Below, one piece after another: positions 9,169 to 17,453 of a stretch of DNA of 35,731 nucleotides. The notes under the pieces were generated by a model. It saw only the letters and a program-made list of their open reading frames with translations, did not search any database and had not been told where the DNA came from. A program made the translations under genes and the position numbers. Origin of the DNA: Rubrobacter sp. (GTDB lineage: Bacteria > Actinomycetota > Rubrobacteria > Rubrobacterales > Rubrobacteraceae). Location of the stretch: NCBI GenBank assembly GCA_035715885.1, contig DASTKM010000327.1, positions 1 through 35,731 of the forward strand, written 5' to 3'. The number at the start of each line of letters is the position of its first letter. Positions within the stretch are counted from its first letter, which is position 1.

Positions 9169-9891
9169 ATGAAAGCGGCGATTCTGGCTATCCTGGCACT
9201 CCTCTTTGTTGGGTGCGAGAGAGATCGGGATACCGGGACGTCGCATTCTGCGGGCGGTAATAGACAGCCTGAACCTGTAATGTACCAGGAGCCTACACGG
9301 GTTATCGTTACCAGCGACGACGCCTCGCTCCCTGACGGTTGCCACCCCCGGCAGGTGGCAGGGCTCGTGATCTCCTTCGTCAATGCTTTCAACAGCGGGG
9401 ATCAGGCCAGCCTGTCCCGCATCTTCTTCCTGTCCGAGGGTCCCAGTCCCCCTGATTTCGCGGATAGGGGCTATGATCCGTGGTCATGGTACACCGTAAG
9501 CGAAGTCGATACGGAAGGCAGAATAGAGAGCGGCTTCGTTACCTACGACCAGGGCGAACTGCTCCGGTACTTCGCCAAGAGACACAGAAAGGGAGAGCAA
9601 TTGAGGCTGCTCAAGATCAGCCTGACGCGTACGGGCCTGCTCGGCAAAGAAGAAAACGTCGGATTCGTCTACGTCCTCAACCGGACCGCCAGGGACCTCG
9701 AACCGAACCTCGGTGGACCGGCGCGTATAGCCTCTGGCCAGGGTGCTATCAACTGTACGAACCGCCGCATCTTCGCCTGGCGCATGGATATGAGGGCCGA
9801 AGATAGGCGTACGGCCCGCGAAGCCAGCAACTGGCTGTGTACCGACCCGCCCGGTTGGAAGCCTGGCAAAGCCGTTGTCGCGTGTACTTGA
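9169..9891 (+). CDS. Hypothetical lipoprotein
   Basis: MKAAILAILALLFVG-C signal with lipobox-like FVGC; 240-aa open frame; candidate -10 TAGAAT at 9113-9118. Confidence 0.7.
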   Translation: MKAAILAILALLFVGCERDRDTGTSHSAGGNRQPEPVMYQEPTRVIVTSDDASLPDGCHPRQVAGLVISFVNAFNSGDQASLSRIFFLSEGPSPPDFADRGYDPWSWYTVSEVDTEGRIESGFVTYDQGELLRYFAKRHRKGEQLRLLKISLTRTGLLGKEENVGFVYVLNRTARDLEPNLGGPARIASGQGAINCTNRRIFAWRMDMRAEDRRTAREASNWLCTDPPGWKPGKAVVACT

Positions 9892-9926
9892 GGGGTCAGC
9901 ACGTAGAGTGCCACCCTAGAAACCTC

Positions 9927-11102
9927 TTATGCTAGTGCTCCTGTTCCCTGGCGGCCGGGTAGGATCAAATGCAGGTCTCCGAACTCGTGCCAGAGGTAGC
10001 CTCTTTTCAGGGCTTCGGAGTAGGCGACTTCGAGATGCTCCGCGCCGGATGTGGCAAGTGGGCATTCCGACACGCTTCCGACGAGCGCCTCCAGCATCGA
10101 CAGATGGGTGGAGCGCGGTTCGTGCAGCCCGGTCAGCATCGCGTCAACGGACCGTATGCCGCGCTCCGGGGTTATGAAGACTCCGGTCCAGCCCTCGCCA
10201 GGGTGTGTCGAGCCGTCGCTATCGGTGACCGTCTCGAGGGCGCGCACGACCGTGGTCCCGACTGCGACCACCCTGTGTCCCGCCGTGCGGGCCGCGTTGA
10301 TCGCGGCCGCGGTCTCAGGTGGGACACGGTAGAACTCCTCATATGGCGGCTCGTCTTCTTCCAGGCTTGCTACGCCCGTGTGCAATACGAGCGGCACGAC
10401 CCTGACCCCATTCGCTACGAGACGAGTGATCAGCTCCGGGGTAAAAGCCCTTCCCGCCGAAGGCATCTCGGCGCTACCTACCTCAGTGGCGTAGACCGTC
10501 TGGTAGTAGACCGCCGGCCAGCTCTCCCTGACGTAGCGGTACTTGATCGGTGACCCGTTACGCTCCAGATAATTATTGAAGTTCACAGGCAGGTTCAGGG
10601 TGGAGATCCAGAGCCGGTTGGGCACTTCGTCGCGCTGCCGCTTCTCCGATAGATAAGGGGTGTGCAGGACCATGCTGGCACCTGCAGGGAGTGACACGAT
10701 CTCACCAGACTCACCGTCGAGCACAGGTTCATCGCCGGAGGATGATCTCAACTCGACGACCCAAAGGTCCGCCGGCAGGCGGGTCGAGAGGTGCACGGTG
10801 AGGGGCGTGCCGCCCCTGCGCTCGGCTGGGAGCGCGGCTTTCATTGTGCCGCTGGTGTTGACGACGAGGGTATCTCCGGCACTGAGAAACTCGGGGAGGT
10901 CGCCGAACGTGGAGTGGACGACGCTATTATCCTCCAGGTAGGAGACCATCAGGCGGACTTCGTCGCGGCGCAGTCCTCGTGCCTCGGGTGGCTCGCCGGC
11001 CTCCAGTTCTGGAGGCAACTCGAAGTGGAGCGGGGATCTCGCCTCAGGATAGTCGGGAAAAGAGTCTATGGTTTCCAAAGCTTCTGTAATAGCGTTGGAC
11101 AA
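9927..11102 (-). CDS. QueA-like protein (SAM:tRNA ribosyltransferase-isomerase fold, divergent paralog)
   Basis: FELPPEL, GDTLVVN, YQTVYA, AVGTTVVRALE match the QueA fold; SAEMPSAGRAFT, LHTGVAS, TGLHEPRSTH and YLWHEFGD deviate from canonical QueA. Confidence 0.85.
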   Translation of the reverse strand: MSNAITEALETIDSFPDYPEARSPLHFELPPELEAGEPPEARGLRRDEVRLMVSYLEDNSVVHSTFGDLPEFLSAGDTLVVNTSGTMKAALPAERRGGTPLTVHLSTRLPADLWVVELRSSSGDEPVLDGESGEIVSLPAGASMVLHTPYLSEKRQRDEVPNRLWISTLNLPVNFNNYLERNGSPIKYRYVRESWPAVYYQTVYATEVGSAEMPSAGRAFTPELITRLVANGVRVVPLVLHTGVASLEEDEPPYEEFYRVPPETAAAINAARTAGHRVVAVGTTVVRALETVTDSDGSTHPGEGWTGVFITPERGIRSVDAMLTGLHEPRSTHLSMLEALVGSVSECPLATSGAEHLEVAYSEALKRGYLWHEFGDLHLILPGRQGTGALA

Positions 11103-11117
11103 TTTGGCCCTCTCCTT

Positions 11118-11846
11118 CTATGAATCAGCGGCGGTTGTGCCCACCCTCGCGGCCAGCTCGCGGGCCTCGTAGCGTCCGCTCGGCAGGTCGCCCGTCAGGA
11201 GCTCAATGAACCCGGGCACGCTCTCTTCCGGGAGCGGTCGGTCGCTGATGTCCTCGTCGGGGAACGCTTCCTGTTGCATCTGGGTCCTCATATCGCCGGG
11301 ATCGACCCGGTAGACGCGCAGCCCGGGGTTCTCGGCCGCGAGTATATTGGAGAGCTGTTCCAGTGCGGCCTTGCTCGACCCGTATCCGCCCCAGCCTTCG
11401 TACGGCTCGACAGCGGCGTCGCTCGTGACGTTGATAATGCGCGCCTGTGGTTTCAGTTCGTTGTTGAGCGCCTGGATGAGCGCGAGTGGTGAGATCACAT
11501 TGTTACGGTAGACCTGTTCGATCACGTCGAGCGGGTAGTCGAGCAAGTCCGGCTGGGGGCTCGGGCCGAGGAAGCTGGCGTTGTTGACGAGCGCGTCTAC
11601 GCCGCCGACCTCGCGTGCCGCCTCAGCGAGATCCTCTCGATGTTCCGGGTCGGTAACGTCTCCAGAGATGGCAATTACGTGCGTGTATCTGGACAGTTCG
11701 GCGCGGGCGCTCTCGAGGGCTTCCTCGGTGCGGGCGTCGATGATCAGGGTCCAGCCGTCCTCGGCCAGAGTGCGAGCGAGCGCCAGGCCAAGGCCGCGGG
11801 AGGCGCCCGTGATCATCGCCGTGCGATCCGATGATTCTCCGCTCAT
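11118..11846 (-). CDS. Short-chain dehydrogenase/reductase co-transcribed with the QueA-like gene
   Basis: TGASRGLG, NNAS, YGSSK, DPGDMRT; AGGAGG RBS before the ATG at 11846, so the track start at 11975 is too long. Confidence 0.92.
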   Translation of the reverse strand: MSGESSDRTAMITGASRGLGLALARTLAEDGWTLIIDARTEEALESARAELSRYTHVIAISGDVTDPEHREDLAEAAREVGGVDALVNNASFLGPSPQPDLLDYPLDVIEQVYRNNVISPLALIQALNNELKPQARIINVTSDAAVEPYEGWGGYGSSKAALEQLSNILAAENPGLRVYRVDPGDMRTQMQQEAFPDEDISDRPLPEESVPGFIELLTGDLPSGRYEARELAARVGTTAADS

Positions 11847-11876
11847 TTCGTATGCCTCCTCATTTTGTTTGAATAC

Positions 11877-11967
11877 AATGTATCGCTCTGTCCCACGCTG
11901 GGAAACGTCAGGAGGGACGGTTTTCGGCCTGTACTTTGGTACAGTACGGCTTCTGGCAACGGGACAG
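11877..11967 (-). promoter_or_regulatory. Putative NarL-type operator array and promoter of SDR-queA-like
   Basis: Perfect palindrome CTGTAC-N4-GTACAG at 11929-11944, flanked by degenerate copies ending GGACGG (11920) and GGACAG (11967) at 23-24 bp spacing; candidate -10 TACATT (11882-11877). Confidence 0.65.
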
Positions 11968-12032
11968 TAGGACACCTACGGTCTCATCGCTCCGCTGTTG
12001 TGAAATGCGCTGAGGTGAGATGGTTTCGCGGG

Positions 12033-12677
12033 TTAGGGGGCCTCCACGAGCCCGCGGCGGACGGCGATCCTGGCCGCCTCGGTACGGTTCTTGGCTTCGA
12101 GCTTGGCGAGGATGGAGCCGACGTGGAACTTGACCGTCCGTTCCGAGATAAAGAGTCGCTCGGCGATCTCGGCGTTCTTCAGGCCGCGGGCGAGGAGCGC
12201 GAGAACCTCGAGTTCCCTGGATGTGAGGCGGCGGTTCGAAGGGACGTTCTCCTCACCCTCTATACGCTCCAGCAGCCTGTCTGCGACGGCAGGTTCGAGG
12301 AGGGAACCTCCGGCCTGGACGGTGCGGATGGCGCCGAAGATCTCCTTTCGGGAAGCGCCCTTGAGCAGGTAACCGCGGGCACCCGCACGCAAAGAGCCGA
12401 GTATTCGAGCGTCCGTGTCGTAGGCCGTGAAGACGACGGTACGTGCGCGAGAGCCAGCGTCGCGGAGCCTCTCCAGGGCCTCCACGCCGTCGGTCCCAGG
12501 CATCTCAAGATCCATAAGTATCACATCAGGGTCCAGGATCGCTGCCAGCCTTACGACTTCTTCCCCGTCTGCGGCCTCGCCCACCACCTCGAAGTCAGGT
12601 TGGGTGCCGAGCACGGCGACGAGGCCCTCGCGCAGCATAGGATGGTCGTCGGCGACGAGGAGCCTCACCTTATCCAC
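12033..12677 (-). CDS. NarL/FixJ-family response regulator
   Basis: [24 protein letters not shown], Lux[13 protein letters not shown]; likely GTG start at 12677 overlapping the kinase stop. Confidence 0.94.
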   Translation of the reverse strand: MDKVRLLVADDHPMLREGLVAVLGTQPDFEVVGEAADGEEVVRLAAILDPDVILMDLEMPGTDGVEALERLRDAGSRARTVVFTAYDTDARILGSLRAGARGYLLKGASRKEIFGAIRTVQAGGSLLEPAVADRLLERIEGEENVPSNRRLTSRELEVLALLARGLKNAEIAERLFISERTVKFHVGSILAKLEAKNRTEAARIAVRRGLVEAP

Positions 12678-13860
12678 TCTGCAGCCCTTCGAGCGGAACG
12701 GTAACATCGATGCGCGTACCCTCGCCGGGGCCGCTCTCCGTCTCCAGAGAGCCGCCGAGCATCTCGACCCTCTCCCTCATGCCGACGATGCCATGCCGAT
12801 CATCCCCGACGCTGGAAGGGTCGAAACCGTGGCCGTCGTCACTTACGATGAGTTGCACTGTCTCCAGTGTGGCCACTAGCCTGACCGTTACGCGGCTTGC
12901 GCCGGCGTGGCTGGCGATGTTGGTCAGAGCTTCCTGGCAGACGCGGTAGAGGGCGGCCTCGACCCGCGGCGGGAGCGGGCGACTGCCGTTCACAGCCCTG
13001 AATCTCGTGGCCACGTCCGTCTCTGCTTCCCAGCGGTCGACGAGAGTCTTTAGCGCCTCGGGGAGGGAGCGGCCTTCGAGTGGGGCGGCGCGGAGGTCGA
13101 GTACCGAGCGCCGGGCCTCATCAAGGTTGGAACGGGTGAGTGAGAGGGCGCGGCGCAGCGCTTCGCGGGCGCGCTCCGCGCCGGACTCGTCGTCGAGCAA
13201 GGCTTCGGCCGACTCGAGCTGGAGTCCCGTGGCAGTAAGCCCCTGAGCGAGGGTGTCGTGGATCTCACGCGCCAGGCGGTTGCGCTCCTCGACGGCGCCC
13301 AGCCTGGCACTGCGGTCGAAGAGGCTGGCCCGTTCGACGGCGATAGCCAACAGGTCGCCTATGGTGGAGAGGAGCTGCAGGTCTTCTGGAGAGAGGCCTC
13401 GCCACTGGGGGCTCGCGACGTTCATTACGCCAAGCTTCTTCTCCCCGGCGTAGAGGGGGATACTGGCGTGGTAACGTAGACCGCCGGTGCCGTCGACCAG
13501 GCCATCAAGACGGCTGCAAGTGAGGACGTTGACGTTGGCAGCGCCTTCCAGGTCGCCCCTCTTGTAAGTGTCCAGGCAATAGCAGTAGCCTGAGCCGTCC
13601 ATGCGGCTCGGGTCGTCCGCGAGGGCAGGAGGGAGGTTGCGGGCCGCGGCCAGGTAGGGCTCGGGAGAAGAGTCGTCTATGAGCCAGATCCAGGCTGTAC
13701 GCAATCCCAGTAGCTCGGCCACCTGCGACAGCGTGAACCCGAGGGCCTCGCCAAGCTCGACAGAGCGGTTGAGCTCGCGGGCGATCTCGTTGAGCACCGA
13801 GAGCTCGTGGTTGCGCCGCTCCAGGTCTCTGGTCTCTCGCACCTCAGAAGCATCGGGCAT
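12670..13860 (-). CDS. Soluble GAF-domain sensor histidine kinase (HisKA_3), AirS/YhcY-like Cys motif
   Basis: H-box [18 protein letters not shown]-box [11 protein letters not shown]1 [18 protein letters not shown]; GAF with CYC-x19-CSRL; no transmembrane segment; GGAGG RBS. Confidence 0.92.
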   Translation of the reverse strand: MPDASEVRETRDLERRNHELSVLNEIARELNRSVELGEALGFTLSQVAELLGLRTAWIWLIDDSSPEPYLAAARNLPPALADDPSRMDGSGYCYCLDTYKRGDLEGAANVNVLTCSRLDGLVDGTGGLRYHASIPLYAGEKKLGVMNVASPQWRGLSPEDLQLLSTIGDLLAIAVERASLFDRSARLGAVEERNRLAREIHDTLAQGLTATGLQLESAEALLDDESGAERAREALRRALSLTRSNLDEARRSVLDLRAAPLEGRSLPEALKTLVDRWEAETDVATRFRAVNGSRPLPPRVEAALYRVCQEALTNIASHAGASRVTVRLVATLETVQLIVSDDGHGFDPSSVGDDRHGIVGMRERVEMLGGSLETESGPGEGTRIDVTVPLEGLQSG

Positions 13861-13916
13861 CGCGTCCGTACCTCCTCTCGCGAGAGTTTATCAGCGGGAT
13901 ACGACACCAGGGCCGG

Positions 13917-13937
13917 AAACTAGCCGTTTGGGTGATG
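13917..13937. promoter_or_regulatory. Second copy of the 21-bp operator motif, upstream of the histidine kinase
   Basis: AAACTAGCCGTTTGGGTGATG, 19/21 identical to 6435-6455. Confidence 0.7.
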
Positions 13938-13965
13938 GGACGCTCGGTGCGGAGCCGCCGGAAGG

Positions 13966-14631
13966 TTAGTGGCCCCGTTTGTTCCTGAACCGGCGTCGCC
14001 TGAGGACGTAGGCGAGTAACACCAGCGCGACGAGTCCGATGGCGCCGTAGCCAAGGGACCTCACGATGGCGAGCAGCTCCTCCCAATACTGGCCGAAGAC
14101 GTACCCGACCAGCGAGTAGGTCACGGCCCATACGACGCCAGCGGCCAGGTTGTAGGGGAGAAACCTGTAGTACTTCATCCTGGTTACCCCGGCGAAGAGT
14201 GGGGTCATGCTGCGCAGACCCGGTCCGAAGCGTCCGACGAAGACGGTCTTCCCACCGTGCGCCTCGAAGTAGCGTTCCACCCTGGCGAGGCTCTTCTCGT
14301 TGACCAGGAAATGGAGGAAACGCATCTTGAGGATGCGGTAGATCATGGGTCTACCGCCGATGCGCCCGATCCAATACACGGAGTTGTCGGAGATGAAGGC
14401 CCCCGCGAAGCCGCTTAGCATCACTAGCGGGAGCGCGAGTCGTCCGCCGTTGGCGAACAACCCGCCTGCCAGCAGAACGATATCTCCCGAAGCAGGGAGA
14501 CCGAAGTTGTCCAGGGCCGCCCCGAAGAGTATTACCAGATAGCCGTGGGCTACGAGCAGGTTCGTTACGAAACCCAGAACACCGCTGGGAGAGCTTGGGA
14601 TGGATCTGATGAAGTCCAGAAGGCTTTCCAT
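13966..14631 (-). CDS. DedA-family membrane protein
   Basis: DNFGLPASGD, SDNSVYWIGR, FEAHGGKTVFVGRFGPGLR, AGVTRM.Y.RFL.YN; several hydrophobic segments. Confidence 0.92.
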   Translation of the reverse strand: MESLLDFIRSIPSSPSGVLGFVTNLLVAHGYLVILFGAALDNFGLPASGDIVLLAGGLFANGGRLALPLVMLSGFAGAFISDNSVYWIGRIGGRPMIYRILKMRFLHFLVNEKSLARVERYFEAHGGKTVFVGRFGPGLRSMTPLFAGVTRMKYYRFLPYNLAAGVVWAVTYSLVGYVFGQYWEELLAIVRSLGYGAIGLVALVLLAYVLRRRRFRNKRGH

Positions 14632-14642
14632 GCGCCGGAGGG

Positions 14643-14651
14643 GTTATACCA
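14643..14651 (-). promoter_or_regulatory. Extended -10 promoter of dedA
   Basis: TGGTATAAC on the minus strand, ending 11 nt before the ATG; no SD sequence in between. Confidence 0.55.
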
Positions 14652-14678
14652 CGCCGCACGCTCCTGCATACGTAACGG

Positions 14679-14707
14679 TTGACGCGTGCTGGCAGCCCGG
14701 CTATGCT
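14679..14707 (+). promoter_or_regulatory. Sigma70/SigA-type promoter of the cob operon
   Basis: TTGACG-N17-TATGCT immediately upstream of the riboswitch. Confidence 0.8.
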
Positions 14708-14720
14708 GCTCAATGACAAA

Positions 14721-14893
14721 CAGGGGGTGAAGGGGTCCAGGAAGCCGGTGCGAGTCCGGCACGGTCCCGCCACTGTAACCGGGGAGCGAACCCCAAGAGG
14801 CCACCGCCGCAGCGGGAAGGCAGGGTTAGCAGAGAGCCGGGAGTCAGGAGACTGGCCTTTCGCCCGTGACCCCAAACCGGGGCGAGGACCCCG
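14721..14893 (+). ncRNA. Cobalamin (B12) riboswitch
   Basis: AGGAA-GCCGG-TGCGAGT-CCGGC, GCCACTGT, GGGAAGG, B12 box AGTCAGGAGACTGGCC, P1 pairing 14723-14732 with 14856-14865; P13-like hairpin CGGGG-CGAGGA-CCCCG (14878-14893) next to the cbtB SD. Confidence 0.95.
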
Positions 14894-14907
14894 AGAAGGA
14901 GACATCT

Positions 14908-15117
14908 ATGGAGAAGATCCTCGGGCGGAGATACCCTTCGACCCTGCCGCTGTGGAGCCTGCTTACCCTGGCTCTGTTGCTCGTTGCGTTGTTCGTCCTA
15001 CTCTCGGCCAGCGGGGCCCTGCTCGCACCACTCCTGGGGCAGGCCGCGGGCCCCTTCGACTACCTGCACGAGTTCGCCCACGACGGGCGACACCTGCTCG
15101 GCGTTCCCTGCCACTAG
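14908..15117 (+). CDS. cbtB: Cobalt transporter subunit CbtB
   Basis: One TM helix plus HEFAHDGRHLLGVPCH; AAGGAG RBS; first gene after the riboswitch. Confidence 0.9.
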   Translation: MEKILGRRYPSTLPLWSLLTLALLLVALFVLLSASGALLAPLLGQAAGPFDYLHEFAHDGRHLLGVPCH

Positions 15118-15125
15118 GGCCACCC

Positions 15126-15830
15126 GTGGTCTCGGCCTACCTGCGCCGCGGCATGGCCGCCGGGTTGCTTGCCGGCCTCCTCGCCGGCCTCTTCGCCTTC
15201 CTCGTCGGGGAGCCCATCCTCGATCGGGCGATTGCACTCGAGGAGGCCTCGGCTGGCGCTCACCATGAGGAGGTCTTCTCCCGCCCGACCCAGAAGATCG
15301 GCCTGTTTTTCGCCACGGGACTCTTCGGGGTGACTGTAGGTGGGGTGTTCGGTATCGGCTACGCCTTTTTTCGCGAACGTCTGGCCGCTGGCAGTGATTT
15401 CAAGCGCAGCATCTTCCTGGCCGGTGCCATCTTCGTGGGGGCGTTCTTGATCCCCTACCTCAAGTATCCGGCCAACCCGCCATCCGTCGGCGACCCCTCC
15501 ACCATAGGGGAGCGCACCTTGGCCTACTTCACGCTCGTCGCCCTCTCGCTCCTCGCCATCCTCCTTGCCTGGCTGGCCGCAAGGACGCTCAGGTCACGCG
15601 GTGTCGGTGCCTCGCGACGTCGTCTGACGGTAGGCGCTGGCCTGGTCGTCGTCATCGGCGTGCTGTTCTTGCTCTTGCCTGCTGCGCCATCCGCCGATGA
15701 GTTTCCGTCAGGGACGCTCTGGGCTTTCAGGCTCTCTTCTTTCGGTACCCAGCTGGCCTTTTGGGCCGGGCTCGGACTACTCTTCGGGGGGCTGTGCGAG
15801 CGTGCCAGGAGGAAGGGCGTGACCGCATGA
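15126..15830 (+). CDS. cbtA: Cobalt transporter subunit CbtA
   Basis: RGMAAGLLAG, GEP.LDRAIALEE, HHEE, LKYPANPPSVG, LWAFRLSS; multi-TM; GTG start inferred inside the longer track ORF. Confidence 0.9.
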   Translation: MVSAYLRRGMAAGLLAGLLAGLFAFLVGEPILDRAIALEEASAGAHHEEVFSRPTQKIGLFFATGLFGVTVGGVFGIGYAFFRERLAAGSDFKRSIFLAGAIFVGAFLIPYLKYPANPPSVGDPSTIGERTLAYFTLVALSLLAILLAWLAARTLRSRGVGASRRRLTVGAGLVVVIGVLFLLLPAAPSADEFPSGTLWAFRLSSFGTQLAFWAGLGLLFGGLCERARRKGVTA

Positions 15831-17440
15831 ACGGAGCCCTACTCGTCGCAGGGACCCACTCCGATGCCGGAAAGAGTGTCGTCGTGGCCGGCATCTGCCG
15901 CTGGCTGGCGCGCGAGGGTGTAAGCGTCGCGCCGTTCAAGGCCCAGAACATGGCCCTCAACTCCTTCGTGACGCGGGAGGGCGCTGAGATGGGACGCGCC
16001 CAGGCCTCCCAGGCCGCCGCCGCGATGATAGAACCCGAGGTGGCCATGAACCCGATCCTGCTCAAGCCCTCCGCCGAAAGGACCACGCAGGTCGTCGTGC
16101 GCGGCAAGGTACGGGCGAACGCGAGCGCCACAGGCTACGGGGGGATGAAGAAGACGCTGATGCCCGTGGTGCTGGAGTCGCTTGAAGAGTTGCGGCGGCG
16201 TTTCGACGTTGTCGTCTGCGAAGGGGCGGGGAGTCCTGCGGAGATCAACCTGCGGGAGAACGACCTCGCCAACATGGGTCTGGCGCGTGCCGCCGACCTG
16301 CCTGTCCTCCTCGTTGGGGACATCGACCGCGGCGGCCTCTTTGCGAGTCTCTACGGGACGCTCGCACTCCTCTCGCCGGAGGACCAGTCCCTCGTCGCAA
16401 GCTTCCTCGTCAACAAGTTCAGGGGAGATCCGGCGGTCCTGGCCCCAGGCCTGGAACGGATGACCTCTTTGACAGGCCGCCCGTTCCTCGGGACGCTGCC
16501 CTGGATCCCCGGTCTCGGCCTCGACGGGGAAGACTCCCTGGCCCTCGACGCCCCACGACCCGTGAAGCCTCCGCTGGGCCGCGACGTGCTAAGCGTCGCC
16601 GTCGCCCGCCTCGGACGGATCAGCAACTTCACGGACTTCGACGCCCTGGTCCAAGAGCCCGGCGTCTCCGTGCGCTTTACCGGGTTGGCGGAAGAGATAC
16701 TGGATGCTGACCTCGCCGTCCTCCCAGGAACGAAAGCGACGGTCGAGGACCTGAAACTGCTCCGCTCACGCGGAATCGACCATGCCTTCGCCGAAAGGGT
16801 GAAGCGTGCCCTGCCTACGCTGGGAATCTGCGGCGGCTACCAGATGCTAGGCAGGCGCATCGAGGACGGCGTGGAGAGCGGCGAGGCTGAAGTCCTTGGG
16901 CTCGGACTCCTTCCCGTCGAGACCTCCTTCGAAGTGGAGAAGATGCTAGGACGTCCACAAGGATGGGCCCTTGGTTTCGGGGGCGCGGAAGTAGCAGGGT
17001 ATGAGATCCACCACGGAAGAGTCAGGCGAGAAGGAGGCGACCCTCTCTTCGATACCGTCGAAGGCACCGAGGGCTGCCGCTCAGGAGCGACGCTCGGCAC
17101 GTCCTGGCACGGCATCCTAGAGTCAGACGGCTTCCGTCGCGCCCTGTTGCTATGGGTGACCGAAGAACGCGGCCTCGACTGGAAGCCGGGCGAAATGCCG
17201 TTCGCCGCAGCCCGCGAAGCGCAACTGGAGAAGCTCGGGAATCTGGTGGCGGATCACGTAGACCGTGAAGCCTTGCTGAGATTGATAGACGTGGGGCAGC
17301 CCTCGGGACTGCCCGTCATCGGGCTACAGGCTAGGGGCTACAAGCCTCGAGAGGGGAATGGCGACGGATTGTTGACGGGGACGGCAGAGCCTGTGGGTCT
17401 GCCCCCGAACGCGCCCGTAAACCTGAAAGCTGAAACCTGA
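15827..17440 (+). CDS. cobQ: Cobyric acid synthase
   Basis: GTHSDAGKS, PFKAQNMALNS, EGAGSPAEINL, DIDRGG, ISNFTD, GICGGYQMLG, GYEIHHG. Confidence 0.96.
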   Translation: MNGALLVAGTHSDAGKSVVVAGICRWLAREGVSVAPFKAQNMALNSFVTREGAEMGRAQASQAAAAMIEPEVAMNPILLKPSAERTTQVVVRGKVRANASATGYGGMKKTLMPVVLESLEELRRRFDVVVCEGAGSPAEINLRENDLANMGLARAADLPVLLVGDIDRGGLFASLYGTLALLSPEDQSLVASFLVNKFRGDPAVLAPGLERMTSLTGRPFLGTLPWIPGLGLDGEDSLALDAPRPVKPPLGRDVLSVAVARLGRISNFTDFDALVQEPGVSVRFTGLAEEILDADLAVLPGTKATVEDLKLLRSRGIDHAFAERVKRALPTLGICGGYQMLGRRIEDGVESGEAEVLGLGLLPVETSFEVEKMLGRPQGWALGFGGAEVAGYEIHHGRVRREGGDPLFDTVEGTEGCRSGATLGTSWHGILESDGFRRALLLWVTEERGLDWKPGEMPFAAAREAQLEKLGNLVADHVDREALLRLIDVGQPSGLPVIGLQARGYKPREGNGDGLLTGTAEPVGLPPNAPVNLKAET

Positions 17441-17453
17441 TGCCTGAAACCTC
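17322..17453. repeat. Two heptamer tandem-repeat tracts at the cobQ/cobN junction
   Basis: ggctaca-ggctagg-ggctaca (17322-17342) and aaacctg-aaagctg-aaacctg-atgcctg-aaacctc (17419-17453). Confidence 0.7.

Noticed and set aside
9927-14893. Functional link between QueA-like and the cob operon via B12-dependent QueG
   Set aside because: No queG or tgt in the window, the QueA is non-canonical, and it is not under the riboswitch; adjacency alone is insufficient.
14679-15125. N-terminal extension of cbtA (383-aa track ORF) and longer cbtB start at 14866
   Set aside because: They overlap the promoter, riboswitch and cbtB; starts at 14908 and 15126 fit the RBS and family lengths.
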